Source: Lingula anatina (lineage: Eukaryota; Animalia; Brachiopoda). From it: DNA of 64,000 nucleotides. The position numbers and the translations under genes were made by a program. Shown piece by piece: positions 1 to 12,700 of the stretch (positions within the stretch are counted from its first letter, which is position 1; each line of letters starts with the position of its first letter). The stretch is from assembly GCA_051362555.1 (NCBI GenBank), contig CM120640.1:70844788-70908787 (forward strand), given 5' to 3'. A model generated the notes under the pieces. It had not been told where the DNA came from. It saw only the letters and a list, made by a program, of their open reading frames with translations, and ran no database searches.

Positions 1-3000
1 TGTTGCCATTACAGCAGCGACATCAATTTTACAACACCATGCCAATGTCAATAACGATATCTTGATGAAATTGGTCGAACGACTCGACAGACAAGAGAAA
101 GAGATAGAATCCCTGAAAAGGCTGGAGTTTGAGGTTGCTAAGGTCCGACAGGAAAACAAACAACTGAGGGTATTTTTTTACTTTGGATTTTTGTCTTTTT
201 ACATTGTGTATCATATGTAACCATTATGTGGACTTGGGTTTTCTTTGCGCGACCTTACGTAAATCTGACACGAACCGTGGAATATTTAGCTTGCGTTATC
301 CACTAAGTTAGTCTTAAACGTAATGTCCTATTTCGAGCCCACGCTTGAATTAAGCGTACAAAATTATATAAGTTTAAGACATTCGTCATATATGTATATG
401 AAAAGGTTCATTACAAATATGTTTTAGCGGGAAACGCCATATCGTGTCACCATCGCGCAGGGCAACGACTGTTACTTTTATATCTGGCATCGCGGAGTTA
501 TAATTGGAATCAGTTTATTCCGAACATTGTAATAAAAATCCACCTTCAGAATAACGATCGTGTTCTTCATTTCCACCTTAATATAGTCTGACATCGTGAA
601 CATCCAACTGAAGCTAGAGGCACAAACAGTCTCAACTGCCGCGAAATACGCAACAAACCTTCACGGTGGAAGCCATTTCATTTCCAAGAGTCAAACACAG
701 CAGGAAAGCTGTAAGAATTTTGTTTTTTTTTCTGCCATTACCCTGAAATGTTAAAATAAGATATTGGTAAGCCCCAGAGGGGGTCACGTATTGTAGCACA
801 ATAAATTTAGCTAAAGGGGCTAAACGCCAGAGTTCTTGGAACCGGCATATGTAGCTGATGGTTTCTCCATGATAAAACCCCGTGCACTTCATACCTTAAA
901 CCAGAGCGATGTCTCGTGTTTTAGCGGTGAGATCAGGCAGGTCAGAGTGTAAGCAGGGACCCCAGGGACCCCCAGGGAGAGATGGCAGGGATGGAAAGGA
1001 CGGTAAAGATGGGAAGGACGGTAGAGACGGAATTCAGGTAAATAAAAGCTAAACAGGCGTGTAAGTCGTAGATAAGATGTTTTTTCCTACCTCTTTCTTC
1101 TTCTGTACTTGAAAAAATGAGCAATTTTTGCTGCAGGTTTTACGAGATCCAAACCTTATGCTTGTTACTGTAGTAATAATGGTAGGTAGTAATACATAAT
1201 TACATGCATAACTTTTAAGTATTTAGTGAAAGCTGCAGTGACATCATACATGACCAATATAATAATAATATATAAATGCAATACTTATCTCTTGAGTGAG
1301 CAGTTTTATTTCCATTTGATAAATAAAACTTCTTATTTATTCACAGCAACCAGTTATAACATTAGACAGTGTGAAGGAATTCATGAGGCTGTTTGGATAT
1401 AAGACACCTTTAAAAGCTAACAGTAGGCCTGCTTTTTTTAAATATTAAAATATTGCTAACAGTTTAATATTAAATATAATTCAGCAAGAATTTTTATGTG
1501 AATATTTTGTGTATTTTTCTCAGCATGAATGGTGCAATTTCTGTACAAAGTAACACCCATTTAGGAAAATTTTACTTTATAAAACTCCCAACATAACATA
1601 AGACATCGAGACCACAAAGAATGAGCTAGTAACTATGCTGAAATCTACTTTTTATCAAAAATATTTTTTTAGTTGGCAACTCATCAGGGATCAGTCCTCA
1701 GGGACCACAGGGATTGTCTGGGGGATTTATGGGGGGAGATGGCAAAGGTGGAATACAGGTAAGGCATGGCATGGCTGGTAGCTTAAAAGTGCAATAATAT
1801 GGTGGAAATTACATGAAAGTGCCACTATATGTTCATAAAAAAAAATGAAATACTTAAAACATCAAAAATTGGAAGTGAATAATCTGAGCATGAGGGCAAT
1901 AAATGTACATAAAAGTAGCCATTTTACCCTTTCAGACTTCTTATGCCATGGAAAAGCCTCACATTTCATAAGTAAAATTTTCCATAAGATGAACTTTTGA
2001 AATATATGGGTTCATGTTTAGAACAAATAAAACCAAGTGAGCCAAACCTAAGTAGTGGAATAGTATGTAGATTTATATCCTTACATAAATTGAAAAAAAA
2101 AAAAAAAAAAACAGTATGGGTTCTTTTATGTAAGGCATTACCAATATATTTTATATCTTTATTCCAAATTCCCAAGGGTCCATCTGGAGCCAAAGTGAAC
2201 CCAGGACCTCTGACACTGAACAGTTTGAAGCCAACACTGGAACTGGAAATGGCGCTCCACAAACAGGTTTGTCTGGTGTTTATACACTTCACCTTTTCTG
2301 TTGAAATTGAGTGAATCTTATCTGACAGTTGGGATTTATTAAATATTTACAAACTAAAGAAAAAAGGAAAAAATGCATTACCTTGTCCTTTCATACTGTC
2401 TTTCTTATGGAAAAGGAAAGGCTGTTCTGATGACAGGAACATAGGCAATTGTGCATATAATGCCTTCCAAGGCTGATGTCCATTTACAAATCTACAATAC
2501 CAGCCACGTTGGGACAGTGCACACAGTGAGGTTCTCTAGGATTTATGTATGTTTACAGGTTCACCAGCCACTACCAGCCATGGTGGGGCAGTGTATACAC
2601 GTTGGGGCAGAACAACTTGTGCTACTCATTCACAGCTTTTATACAAAGGTATGCTTAAATTCATCCTCAACTGTTTCAGTAAGATAATTTTACGTCCATT
2701 TTGCCTAAAATTGTTTGTGATATATGAATAAGTTGCTATTTTCTTCCATCATTTATGTTTTCCGTTAGGTGTGGCAGGAGGAGCCTCTTACGACAATGAA
2801 ATACATGGCAGCACCTATCTGTGTCTGCCACAGATACCAGAATGGGGGAGGTACATGGATGGCAGACAGCACTCCGGCACTTACATACACGGTGTGGAGT
2901 ACGAAACTGGATACACAAATGAAAACATCTTTGACGGTAAAAGTGTCTATAACCATGATGCCCCTTGTGCTGTATGCCACGCTCAAACACGTCCCAGTCA

Positions 3001-3256
3001 CGTGATGATACCAGCCAAGAAGACGTGTCCAGCTGGGTGGACAACAGAGTACAATGGCTACCTGGTGTCAGGCCATGACAGTGACGGTGGAGGAGCAGAG
3101 TTTGTCTGTCTGGATGCAGCGCCAGAAGTGGTGCCTGGGAGCTATAAAAGTAAGAACGGAGCCTTGTTCTACATTGCTGAGGCTAAATGTGGCTCTCTCC
3201 CCTGTCCACCATATGTGGATGGCAGAGAACTGGCCTGTGTTGTCTGTACTAAGTAA
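1..3256 (+). CDS. Short-chain collagen C4-like secreted protein (coiled coil, short Gly-X-Y tract, Cys-rich C-terminal NC domain); 5'-partial, multi-exon
   Basis: Exons with GT-AG ends: 1-169 (LMKLVERLDRQEKEIESLKRLEFEVAKVRQENKQLR, coiled-coil-like), 587-710, 925-1037 (CKQGPQGPPGRDGRDGKDGKDGKDGRDGIQ), possibly 1702-1758, 2177-2266 (GPSGAK...), 2559-2648 (GGAVYTRWGRTTC) and 2769-3256 (YLCLP...NHDAPCAVC...MIPAKKTCPAGWTTEYNGYL...EFVCLD...CGSLPCPPYVDGRELACVVCTK*). The YxRWGRxxC and PCPPY...ELxCVVC motifs are characteristic of the spongin/short-chain collagen C4-like family. There is a phase conflict at exon 2177-2266 (see findings). Confidence 0.85.
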
Positions 3257-3465
3257 ATAGTGATCATAACAAAAATGGATGTAATATTGCATGGAGGCAA
3301 TTTTCAAGCAACACCAAACAAGTTATTTCCCTGTAGTCGCATGGTGTGGTGAGTTTACTAATGGAACAGATACTGGAGGTCATTAACTCACATGAGCTGC
3401 AAATTATATAGTATATAGAGTACTATTATTATTTAGTACTAATTAGCACTTTTTTGCCTCAATAT

Positions 3466-3517
3466 AATAAATGTATGAGCCATTCCATATTGAATAATAA
3501 AGCACACAGCAAATAAA
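3466..3517 (+). terminator. Polyadenylation signal cluster for the collagen-like gene
   Basis: AATAAA at 3466-3471, 3496-3501 and 3512-3517, about 210-260 nt after the stop codon. Confidence 0.55.
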
Positions 3518-3649
3518 GTAAATAATACAATATTTCAACATTTATGCCTTAGCACTGACAAAGTGGACACTCACTTTTCAGAAGTAATACATATCTTAAC
3601 CACAAATCTTATCGAAGTCAGCAGTTTTTGGAGCACTAAATCTAATATC

Positions 3650-4102
3650 TTTATTCCTCCATTTGACTATGAAAGTAAGTCAGATTTAAAATCTCCTCTT
3701 CACTGGTTAGCACTAATCAGTAGAAAATGTTGATAAATTTGGATTTTGTTGCATTTATATGAATGCAACACCTGTGAAAAGGCACAGTACCAAGGGAATC
3801 AAGTCAACTTCCAGCACCTTCCATGGAGTGCAACTACTTAGGACATCCTCTTCTCTTAAAAAATAATAAAAAATAAAAAAATAAGACAACATATAATACA
3901 GTTTGCACTTAAAAAATACCAGAAAAACAAAAAGACCTAATGTGATGCACTTATATATGAATTTATTATAAAACAGTACTGTAAACAATGCATTAGGCAT
4001 AAGTGTTTTGTAACTAGCGATTACATACATACAGGATCTGTGAATGTGACACGTATGAAGATCAGAATTGCTGACTAGTAAAATGTGTTATATGACTTTA
4101 TT
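3650..4102 (-). terminator. Candidate polyadenylation signals for MED14
   Basis: TTTATT on + (AATAAA on -) at 4097-4102, 3962-3967 and 3650-3655, downstream of the MED14 stop; which one is used cannot be determined. Confidence 0.35.
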
Positions 4103-4236
4103 GATAACTGTGACAAAAACCAGTTCTTTCAAAGTCACTTCAACTGCACATAGCAGTCAATGGACCTCTCTCTGTCAGTCCTAGGAGGATTTACTGTCTC
4201 CTTGTTTTAATAATAAGTTATCGAAGCAGTGTCTGT

Positions 4237-5099
4237 TTAAACCGGCAGTATCAAGTTAGCCATCAGTTCCCTAACAGCAGGGAATATGGAGCACTCGGCA
4301 GAGTTAGCATGATATTCTGTGAAACGTTTCAGCATGTTCATGACGGCCATGGCCTGGGGGCTGGACCCCTGGGGCTGGTTCCTGGACTGGTCCACCATAC
4401 TGGTGATGTTAGTGTTGATGTCATACAAGATAGGAATCACGATACTCTGCTGGTCACTACCCCCGGGGGTGGGCGGGGCAGACATACGCGTCAACTGGAT
4501 CTGGAAAAATGGACAATTTTTACTAATGTTTTTTTTCGGTCTTATCTTAATATGAGGTCTTTATTCATATATAAACTGCTTAGGAAAGAAACAATAACTT
4601 TTGTCAGAGATTAAAACTGAAAACACCTCTCACATCAACAAACTGGTTGTGACACACATAGGCACACACGTTTCCTTGAAAACCATTTTGAAAGTGAGAA
4701 AGGTGATATACACATAAATATTAGAAACACCAACAATGATGTTACACTTAACATCACATAACTACATCCCATAAAAAACCTGCCATTTCTGAGCTTCCAA
4801 CTCACCATGAACAACATCTTGTTTCCCTTGATGAGGACAGCAGGTGCCCCAGCCACAATTGGGGATGAACTGGCCGCACTGGTCAAACACCAGTGGACAC
4901 CCCACTTGAAACTACGGTCTGGCATCTGGAAGATTAACAGATAATCCATTCATGGTATAAGAATGTTTAAAGAAGTTTGCTATCCAGTAGATGAGGACTA
5001 CAAATGGTGGACTCTGGGACAGGTGTTGGTTAATTAGAAAATCTGATGCAAGCATTTTCTGTCCTGCAAAGTTTTTGACAATAAAAAGTGCCTGCCATA

Positions 5100-5159
<60 letters not shown>

Positions 5160-5490
5160 ATTGCTAGTATAACCTACCAGTTCCAGTCTCATGAGTTGTA
5201 CACAGTCTTTGAGTATTCTTGGTGGAGCAGCCAGCAGTTTAGTGAAGGCGGTGACAGCATACAGTTTGTATGGAGGACATGTGACACGTACTTCAAAGAA
5301 CCTCTCCAGCACCTGCAGCTCATCATGACTCCACTGGTCTGGAAACATTAGAGGAAAAGTGAGTATCAAGTAGGTGTATAGCATTTATATACACACACAC
5401 ACACAAACACACACATTGGTGACTTCTGTGTATGAGTACCTACCTATAGAAGGTGTGCTCTTCATCTGGAGCACCTGCTATGTGTTGGGG

Positions 5491-5543
<53 letters not shown>

Positions 5544-7190
5544 AATTGACTTCTGTGTACGAGTACCTACCTATAGAAGGCGTGATCTTCATCTGGAGCA
5601 CCTGCTGTGTGTTTGGGTTTAGTGCCACCCTGAACTGCATGCTGTCACTCTTAAACATAACCACTCCAGGCTCAGTGGGGGGAATGTGCTGCAGCTGATA
5701 GCAAGAGAATAACACACTTCACTGAACTAATGTACTGACTGTGTGGGGATTGTCCAAGTATCTGACACACGTATAAAGGAAGTCCTCTCTCATCAATTAG
5801 GACTTAAAATTTGAATTTATCATCATTTTTTATGGTTATGTAGAATAGTGGTAAACAAAATATATCAGTCACCTTTGATTCTAAACTGTACGATAAACAA
5901 CAGAAACCAGTTACTGCTATAACATATGACAGCAAATTATGAAATGATACAATATACGAAAATAATGAAACAAAATAATATCAATTATCTTTAGTAGCAG
6001 ACTTCAGTCCTGAGAACTCACAGCGTCATCAGTCTGAACAATTCTCTGCAGACTTCTCTTCAGAAACACACAGCCCAGGAATCTCTGCAGTGGACAGCAG
6101 GGGAGGAAGCCCAGCCCAGGACCTTGACCAGGAGTGGACGTTGGGGTCAGCAGTTTGTTCAAGGCCTCATGGGTCAACAGGGTGGGTATGGAGGCGGCCC
6201 AGGACCTCTGGGGTAACATCCTTGACGGTGGACTCATCACTGTAATACAGGAGTTGGAGATGTCTTATAATTATCAACAGCTATTACAACAAATAGTCAC
6301 AAAGAAAAGAGTTATAGAAAAAGTCAGTCAAATGATTTTTTAATCAAAATAATTTAAAACAGTTGAACAAGTTTATTTCAGGAAACATTTTCAAGCAATC
6401 TTAATCTCCATTCAGTGTGGACAGTGCTAGACAGGACATTCCTCGTTTCCCCCACAGGTTTGAGAGCACAATGCAGTAGTAATTAATAATATAATACATA
6501 GAAAATAGAAGAGAACGTGTTCACAGTGCTATGTGCCCCCCCCCCCTTCAACTCCCCAAATCTGTGGTAGTATTAATGACATACCCAGGTCCTTGTGTAC
6601 AGTGCACCTACCTGCCCCCCTCACCCCCCCCCTCCCTCTCACCCCACCCCCAGTCTACCATAGTGTTAATCACATACCCAGGTCCCTGTTAGGAGGCGAG
6701 TGCAAAGCCTGGTGGCCAGCCCCAGGGGAATGAGCCGTCCCATGCCTGGACGCTGGCGAGGGAGAGCCTGGCCAGTTCCGTGGACCAGGGGACGGAGTGA
6801 CCAAGCCACCGCCATGGTAGGGGGAGCCACCTTCCAGCATGCCTGTGGTTAGACCAGAGAGGAATAAACCATCAACATGGTTAGAGAGGAGATGACAGCA
6901 ATGGAGACACAGCCTACATGTCCCGCCCACCCACTACTACTAGGGGCTCATTCACATTGAAACTATCCGTCTATGGAGGTTGCTCCAACTACGTGGGGAC
7001 TCTGGCTGAATGCAATCAGTTAAGCAGATGAACAAGCCTCTTTCTGGTGTTGAGAAGAATAAAGAAAAGCTGGTGATTATACAAGTGCGTTTGAAACACG
7101 AGGAGGCCTGTTGAACTGATTACGTTCAGGGAGAGAACCAGCGGAATTGAATCGATCTACGTAGATCAATCATTTCAACGGGAATGAACC

Positions 7191-7230
<40 letters not shown>

Positions 7231-9705
7231 ACATTAGCACAGACAGTTGGCCACTATACCTACAGGGGGGGGTGGGGCTTTATCTCCAATAAACCATACC
7301 AGAGCAGATTAAAGACTACTGCACAATATGGACTGAGAGAGAGAGAGCAGAGAGAGAGAGATGGTTGTGTCTACATTGAAGAGCCTGGTGAAGCATGCAA
7401 GGTAAAAACTATATGAATGTAAACATGCAATCACATTACACCATGCACAGTTAAGATCCACTGCATTATATAAGTTGTTAATGAATACAATACGGATGCT
7501 GAAAGTTATTCCATCCGTTGTGCTGTTGTCGTGATTTAACAAACTGTAATCTTGGGTCGGCGAAAACATTGGCCATGCAGTTAGGATGCATTTTCACCTG
7601 TTAGGCACATCTATGGGGAAGGAATGCTCAGTATTTTATACTGCATTATCTTTTCTCATACTTTCCAATAGTTTACACGTTTCAGGTGATTACAGAAATA
7701 GCTTTGGGCCAGGATAAATCAGGTTATGGTGTCACAAAGCAAAGACTGCAGCCTCACAACATGGCACGGGGGAGGGGCTGGGGGCTGGGGGGGGGTGGGG
7801 ATGTCACACTGATCTGGGGAACACAGCCACAGCATGAGACAACATCGCAGTAAACACCATATGAACTGGTTAGATGTCAGAAAGCCAGGTCTAACTTGTA
7901 AGCAGACAACATTAGCAGCTAGCTGGTTATTTATGATGGTCACTGGTTATCATTAAGAGCATTCTATTTAAGTTCACTATCCTCTTTGTTTTGTACTGAA
8001 TACAAGGTATTAAATAGTAGGTTAAAAATAGCTAAAAATTTACCAAAAGAAAAAAAACTTTATACAAAACTATTTTAATACATCATTCAGACATGGGACT
8101 CTTTTACACAGGTTTATGGCTATGAAATCATGATATAGATGTCTTGAGGCAATTTTACACTTTTTAATATTCAATTATCTATTCCTGTGATTTCCTGCCC
8201 AATTTTCACATTGTTGTGGACAACAGTTACTGGAAAGACAACAATCTTAGGCAAACATATTAAAATCACCTTTAAATGATTTTTTGCATTTGACAACATC
8301 CATCTTTGAGACAAATCAGGCAAAACTAATCACAAAGTGTCTTGTTATTATTGCCCTGTACTATGGATGTGGCAGGTTGGTTAGGGGTAGAATTTTAAGA
8401 AGATGTTTACCTTGAGGGCTGATGAAAGCTGTGGCGGGAGACGGCATATGGATCCCCAGGGAAGATGGAGAAGGGGCTGGAACAAATGAACCTGAAAACA
8501 GAAATGCAACTTTTGTAGAGGGCAAATTAACATGAAAAATTGTCAACTCTTTTTTTATGGAACACCTGTACAGATAAACGCTGCTACATGTTCATATTAG
8601 CCTGGTCATACTGAGTGATTAATAAAAGACATTATATTTTATTAGTAAGGTGACAATAAGTTTATGCTTACATATAAATGCCCCATTAAAAATACCATAC
8701 TATCTTAGTACAGTAACACAAAGTTGTATTAGAAGTCATGATGTAAACCATACCTGGAGATGGCACATGCAGCTGAGGGTTGCCAGGAGAGGACACGCCG
8801 AGCACGTTGCCAGGCGACGGTGTCCCCATCTGTAGGGAGGGTGGCGATGCCAGAGGGAACGCTGCGGCTGGAGAGGCACTGTACCCAGACTGCCCCAGCC
8901 TTGCCCCACTAGGAGACGCGGGGGTGTGGGGGTTGGACGGGGGTGTCATGGGTCCTGGAAACCTCAACCCCCCTCCACTGCCGCCATCTTGTTTCTTGAC
9001 GGGAGATCCTATCTGCTGGGGCTGGTTCATGAATGTCTCCATGGAGTCCATGCCAACAGGCGATGGTGGGTTGTCGTCCTCCGTGGTGGACCTTCTGCGG
9101 GACATACCTGATGGAACGCCCTCTTCAACAAAGTGGTTGAGGAATGTCTGTGAACACAATGTACAGCTTTGAGTTAAAATGCTGTCTTGATATGAATGAG
9201 GATGTTTAGGGGGCTTAGAACAAAATATTAAAATTAAAAGAAGTCTGGAAATTTTACTACAGCATAATCATATTTCATGGTGTGTTCCTCTTTCCAAGGC
9301 AAAATAAGTGCTTCCAACAGTTCTGCACATGTTGTAAAGCCATACCTTTAATCCAGGAGTTGGTGTGAAGCCCTCCACGACCTTACTGGTATCAAACCAG
9401 CTGTAGGCACCGTCTCTCACCGATACCATCTTGTTACTCCTCAGGTGGATATCTAGACAATAACTGAGGCCACAGTTAAGGTACATACTTCACACTGCCG
9501 TGATACTTACTGATTGTCATCAGAACTACTATATAGTGGGATCTTTATAAGAACAATTTTTAAATAGTAAAAGTAATCAGCCCTATTTAGAATTACAGAT
9601 AATTTATACAAACTTTTCAGAAGAAGTTAAAGGTATAGCCCGCACATGCACACTAAAGAATAATGAAGAACAATCGTTCCTGTAGTGAATGCTAATACAC
9701 ACACA

Positions 9706-9759
<54 letters not shown>

Positions 9760-12700
9760 CACCACCAAGGATACGTATTCCTGTAGCCTATTCTGATGTG
9801 TGTTGAAGACTGAGGAATCACTGAGAACAGTGGATTGGGCTGAGGAACACTGGCAGCTTGAGCTTTCTGAAATATACAGATAAAGTCTTATAAATAGGCC
9901 ATTTTCTGGATAAAAATTATGATAGTAGTGGAATAAACAGGCTCATATTTTAAACATTTGGTGAGGAAACCAATGATATTTAAAACAATTGCTGATGATT
10001 TGGTTACTGATATTCTATGCATTCAGTCAACCTCATTATTTAAACCTGCTTTTTAAGAATGAGAAGGTACTTAAATCATAAATGGGGCTTATATACTCAT
10101 AAAAAATTAATAGGTGAAAAAAAAAAAAATGGTCGTACCTTCCTATGCATGTCTAACCCTTTCAATGGATGGTTCTACATGCAAACATAGCTACCTTGCA
10201 AAGAGAGCTGAAAATGTTTTTTTAACTATGCACCCCTTTTCTTATTTTTATTCTGCCACTCTTGAATTGTACTGGTTTCATCAAAAGTCAAATGTTTCCT
10301 TTGGGGATTCTGCTCTAAGGTTTTACATCCCTGCTTCACTTTGTTAAAATGAAGTTCAAGAGCTGTTGTTACTTACTGGAGCCTGTGCCATGAAGGGTGT
10401 GGTGTGGAGTTTGCAGATGGCTGCCATGGGCATCCATGTTTCATGCAGAGTCTGAAAAAAAAAACGAAGCAAAAATATCCTTATGTAGTTCTATCATGGC
10501 TGCAGTGCCATTCATAATTATCCAAGCACAAATATCTGGTCTTATTTTTCAAACCAATTATCTCAGGTCAAAACATATTTCTCCTATTATATTCCTTCTG
10601 GCATCACTTTCTGGGTATGCTTAATATCTGCTTGCACTAGGTCCCTGTATAATACATACCCAAGCCAATGTAGCAATAGACTTGTGTTTGTTAAACTTAG
10701 TCACAGTATAATACATACCCAAGCCAATGTAGCAATAGACTTGTGTTTGTTATAAACTCTGTCACAGTGCAATACATACCTGAGCCAATGTAGCAATAGA
10801 CTTGTGTTTGTTGAACTCAGCCTGAAGCTGTGTAGCCACCAAGGTGTGCGGGTTAGCCGTGTTGCTGGGGCCACAGGTACCAAACGCCAACACAAACTGG
10901 GTCCTATCTCGGCTCCACTGGATGTTCACACTGCACAGTTTACTGGGGCCATACCCCAGCACCAGACGCTTGTAGGAGTAACTCTTTATCTCCACCATGT
11001 TGTGTAGATGGGTGCTGGGATCTGGGACAGGAAGTACAGACGCAGTTAGAGCAATGTTTTAACTTAATTCTTTTCAAAATTCGGTTTTCAAAAGCCCTCC
11101 TCTTTTTTGCTTATTTCCATTGTTGTTTTCTATTTTATTATTCTTTTTGCATTATGAACAATATCATGTAACTAAAAAGGCAGGAAAAGGAAGATGTTAA
11201 AACACATACCATGCTGTTTCAAACCACACACTTGAGGCAAACTTACTTTTATACTGAATGGAGAAGTCCAGCACGGCCTTGTAGAGATGTCCCAGTGTGG
11301 CCCAGTCATCCATGAAGTCTTGTACCAGTTTACTGGCATCTCCATCATGACTTAACTCATACATACACACCACACGGTGGATGATACCTGAAACACAACA
11401 GATATATCTTATAATGTACAGATATAGTTTATATATCATACACGTATAGTTGATGTATGGACTATCATGCAGATATAGTAATTCGAATATAGCTGATGTA
11501 TCGGCTGTAACATACAGATAAAGTTTATATATCGTGTACACTTTGTATTTCATATAGTTAGAAAAAGTCATTGCCATTGCAATACTCTAGGTCATTTTGG
11601 TAAGACTTACTTTTTTCCTTGGGACTTGTACTCATGACAGGGCAGTTGGTAAACACAAGCTGAAGAAAAAACAAATTAGACATGATTGTACCATTACACT
11701 GTTTTAGAACTAAATGTGCAATTTACATGTTAAATTTCAAATTCTGTGGACACTAATCATGCTAAGCATCTTGCTAGATAAAATACATTATCTTAAGGTA
11801 ATGAAAACTCTCCCGTTTCCCTGTGTTCCCTACCTCAGTGTGCCAGCTGCGAGTCTTGCCTTGGACCCTAAATGTACATGACAACAGGTCCTGCTTCAGC
11901 GCCTCTGTGTCTGCGCTGCATGGGATGCTGGAATGGTACACGGGGAAAGTTAAGGACATTGTTGAAGGGGGTGAAAAGTGTTAAAACTGAAGGAATTGTT
12001 CCTTTGTTTTTCTCAGAAAAATGTCAATGTATAGGTGAAATTTTGTATTTGATTGGGTAATACTGTTCTTATTTCTCTATATAATAGGAAAGATCTTTAG
12101 ACTTACTCCACCACAGTGAGAGCATAGCAGGAGCCGTTGCCGTCCACCTGGACACCTTGGTGCCCTATGCCACGATTCTGGAGCTGAAACAGGAACATGG
12201 ATAGTGTATTCACAGTAATGTGGACTGTAGATCATTATTTGACATTTAATGTCATCTCAAATTATGGGGTAACTGAATAAATGCCACAATTGTTGATTGC
12301 AGTGTCACGTTTGTCCATATAACTACCTCTTGTCCCAGATTTACAAAGGGAATCCTGTCCTCCGTGGCTGGTAACCTACCTCTTGTCCCAGATTTACAAA
12401 GGGTATCCTGTCCTCAGTGGCGGCCAAGATGTGGACCAGCTCTGACACAAAGTAAGCTGCTACCCTGGCCTGCTTCCTGGGGGGACCATCCACATCCCCC
12501 TGCAGGATCTGAAATGAAAGTGAAACTCAATACTCTGAATATGGTGAGGTAACAAATTGTGTTTTAATTCAAAGGATAGCATGCTGGTGACACTGTCATT
12601 TTGTTTATCTATAACACACTGGTACTAGGTACTGGAAGTATCTGGGGGCTATACTTTCATATCTATTTATAAATATATATCTAACATGAACTCTCACCTT

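Noticed and set aside
8780-9172. Plus-strand 130-aa Gly-rich ORF
   Set aside because: Antisense shadow of the Pro/Ser-rich MED14 exon 8754-9147.
11395-11550. Degenerate AT-rich repeats beside the MED14 acceptor at 11388
   Set aside because: The repeats do not include exon sequence, so they were not counted among the junction-spanning duplications.
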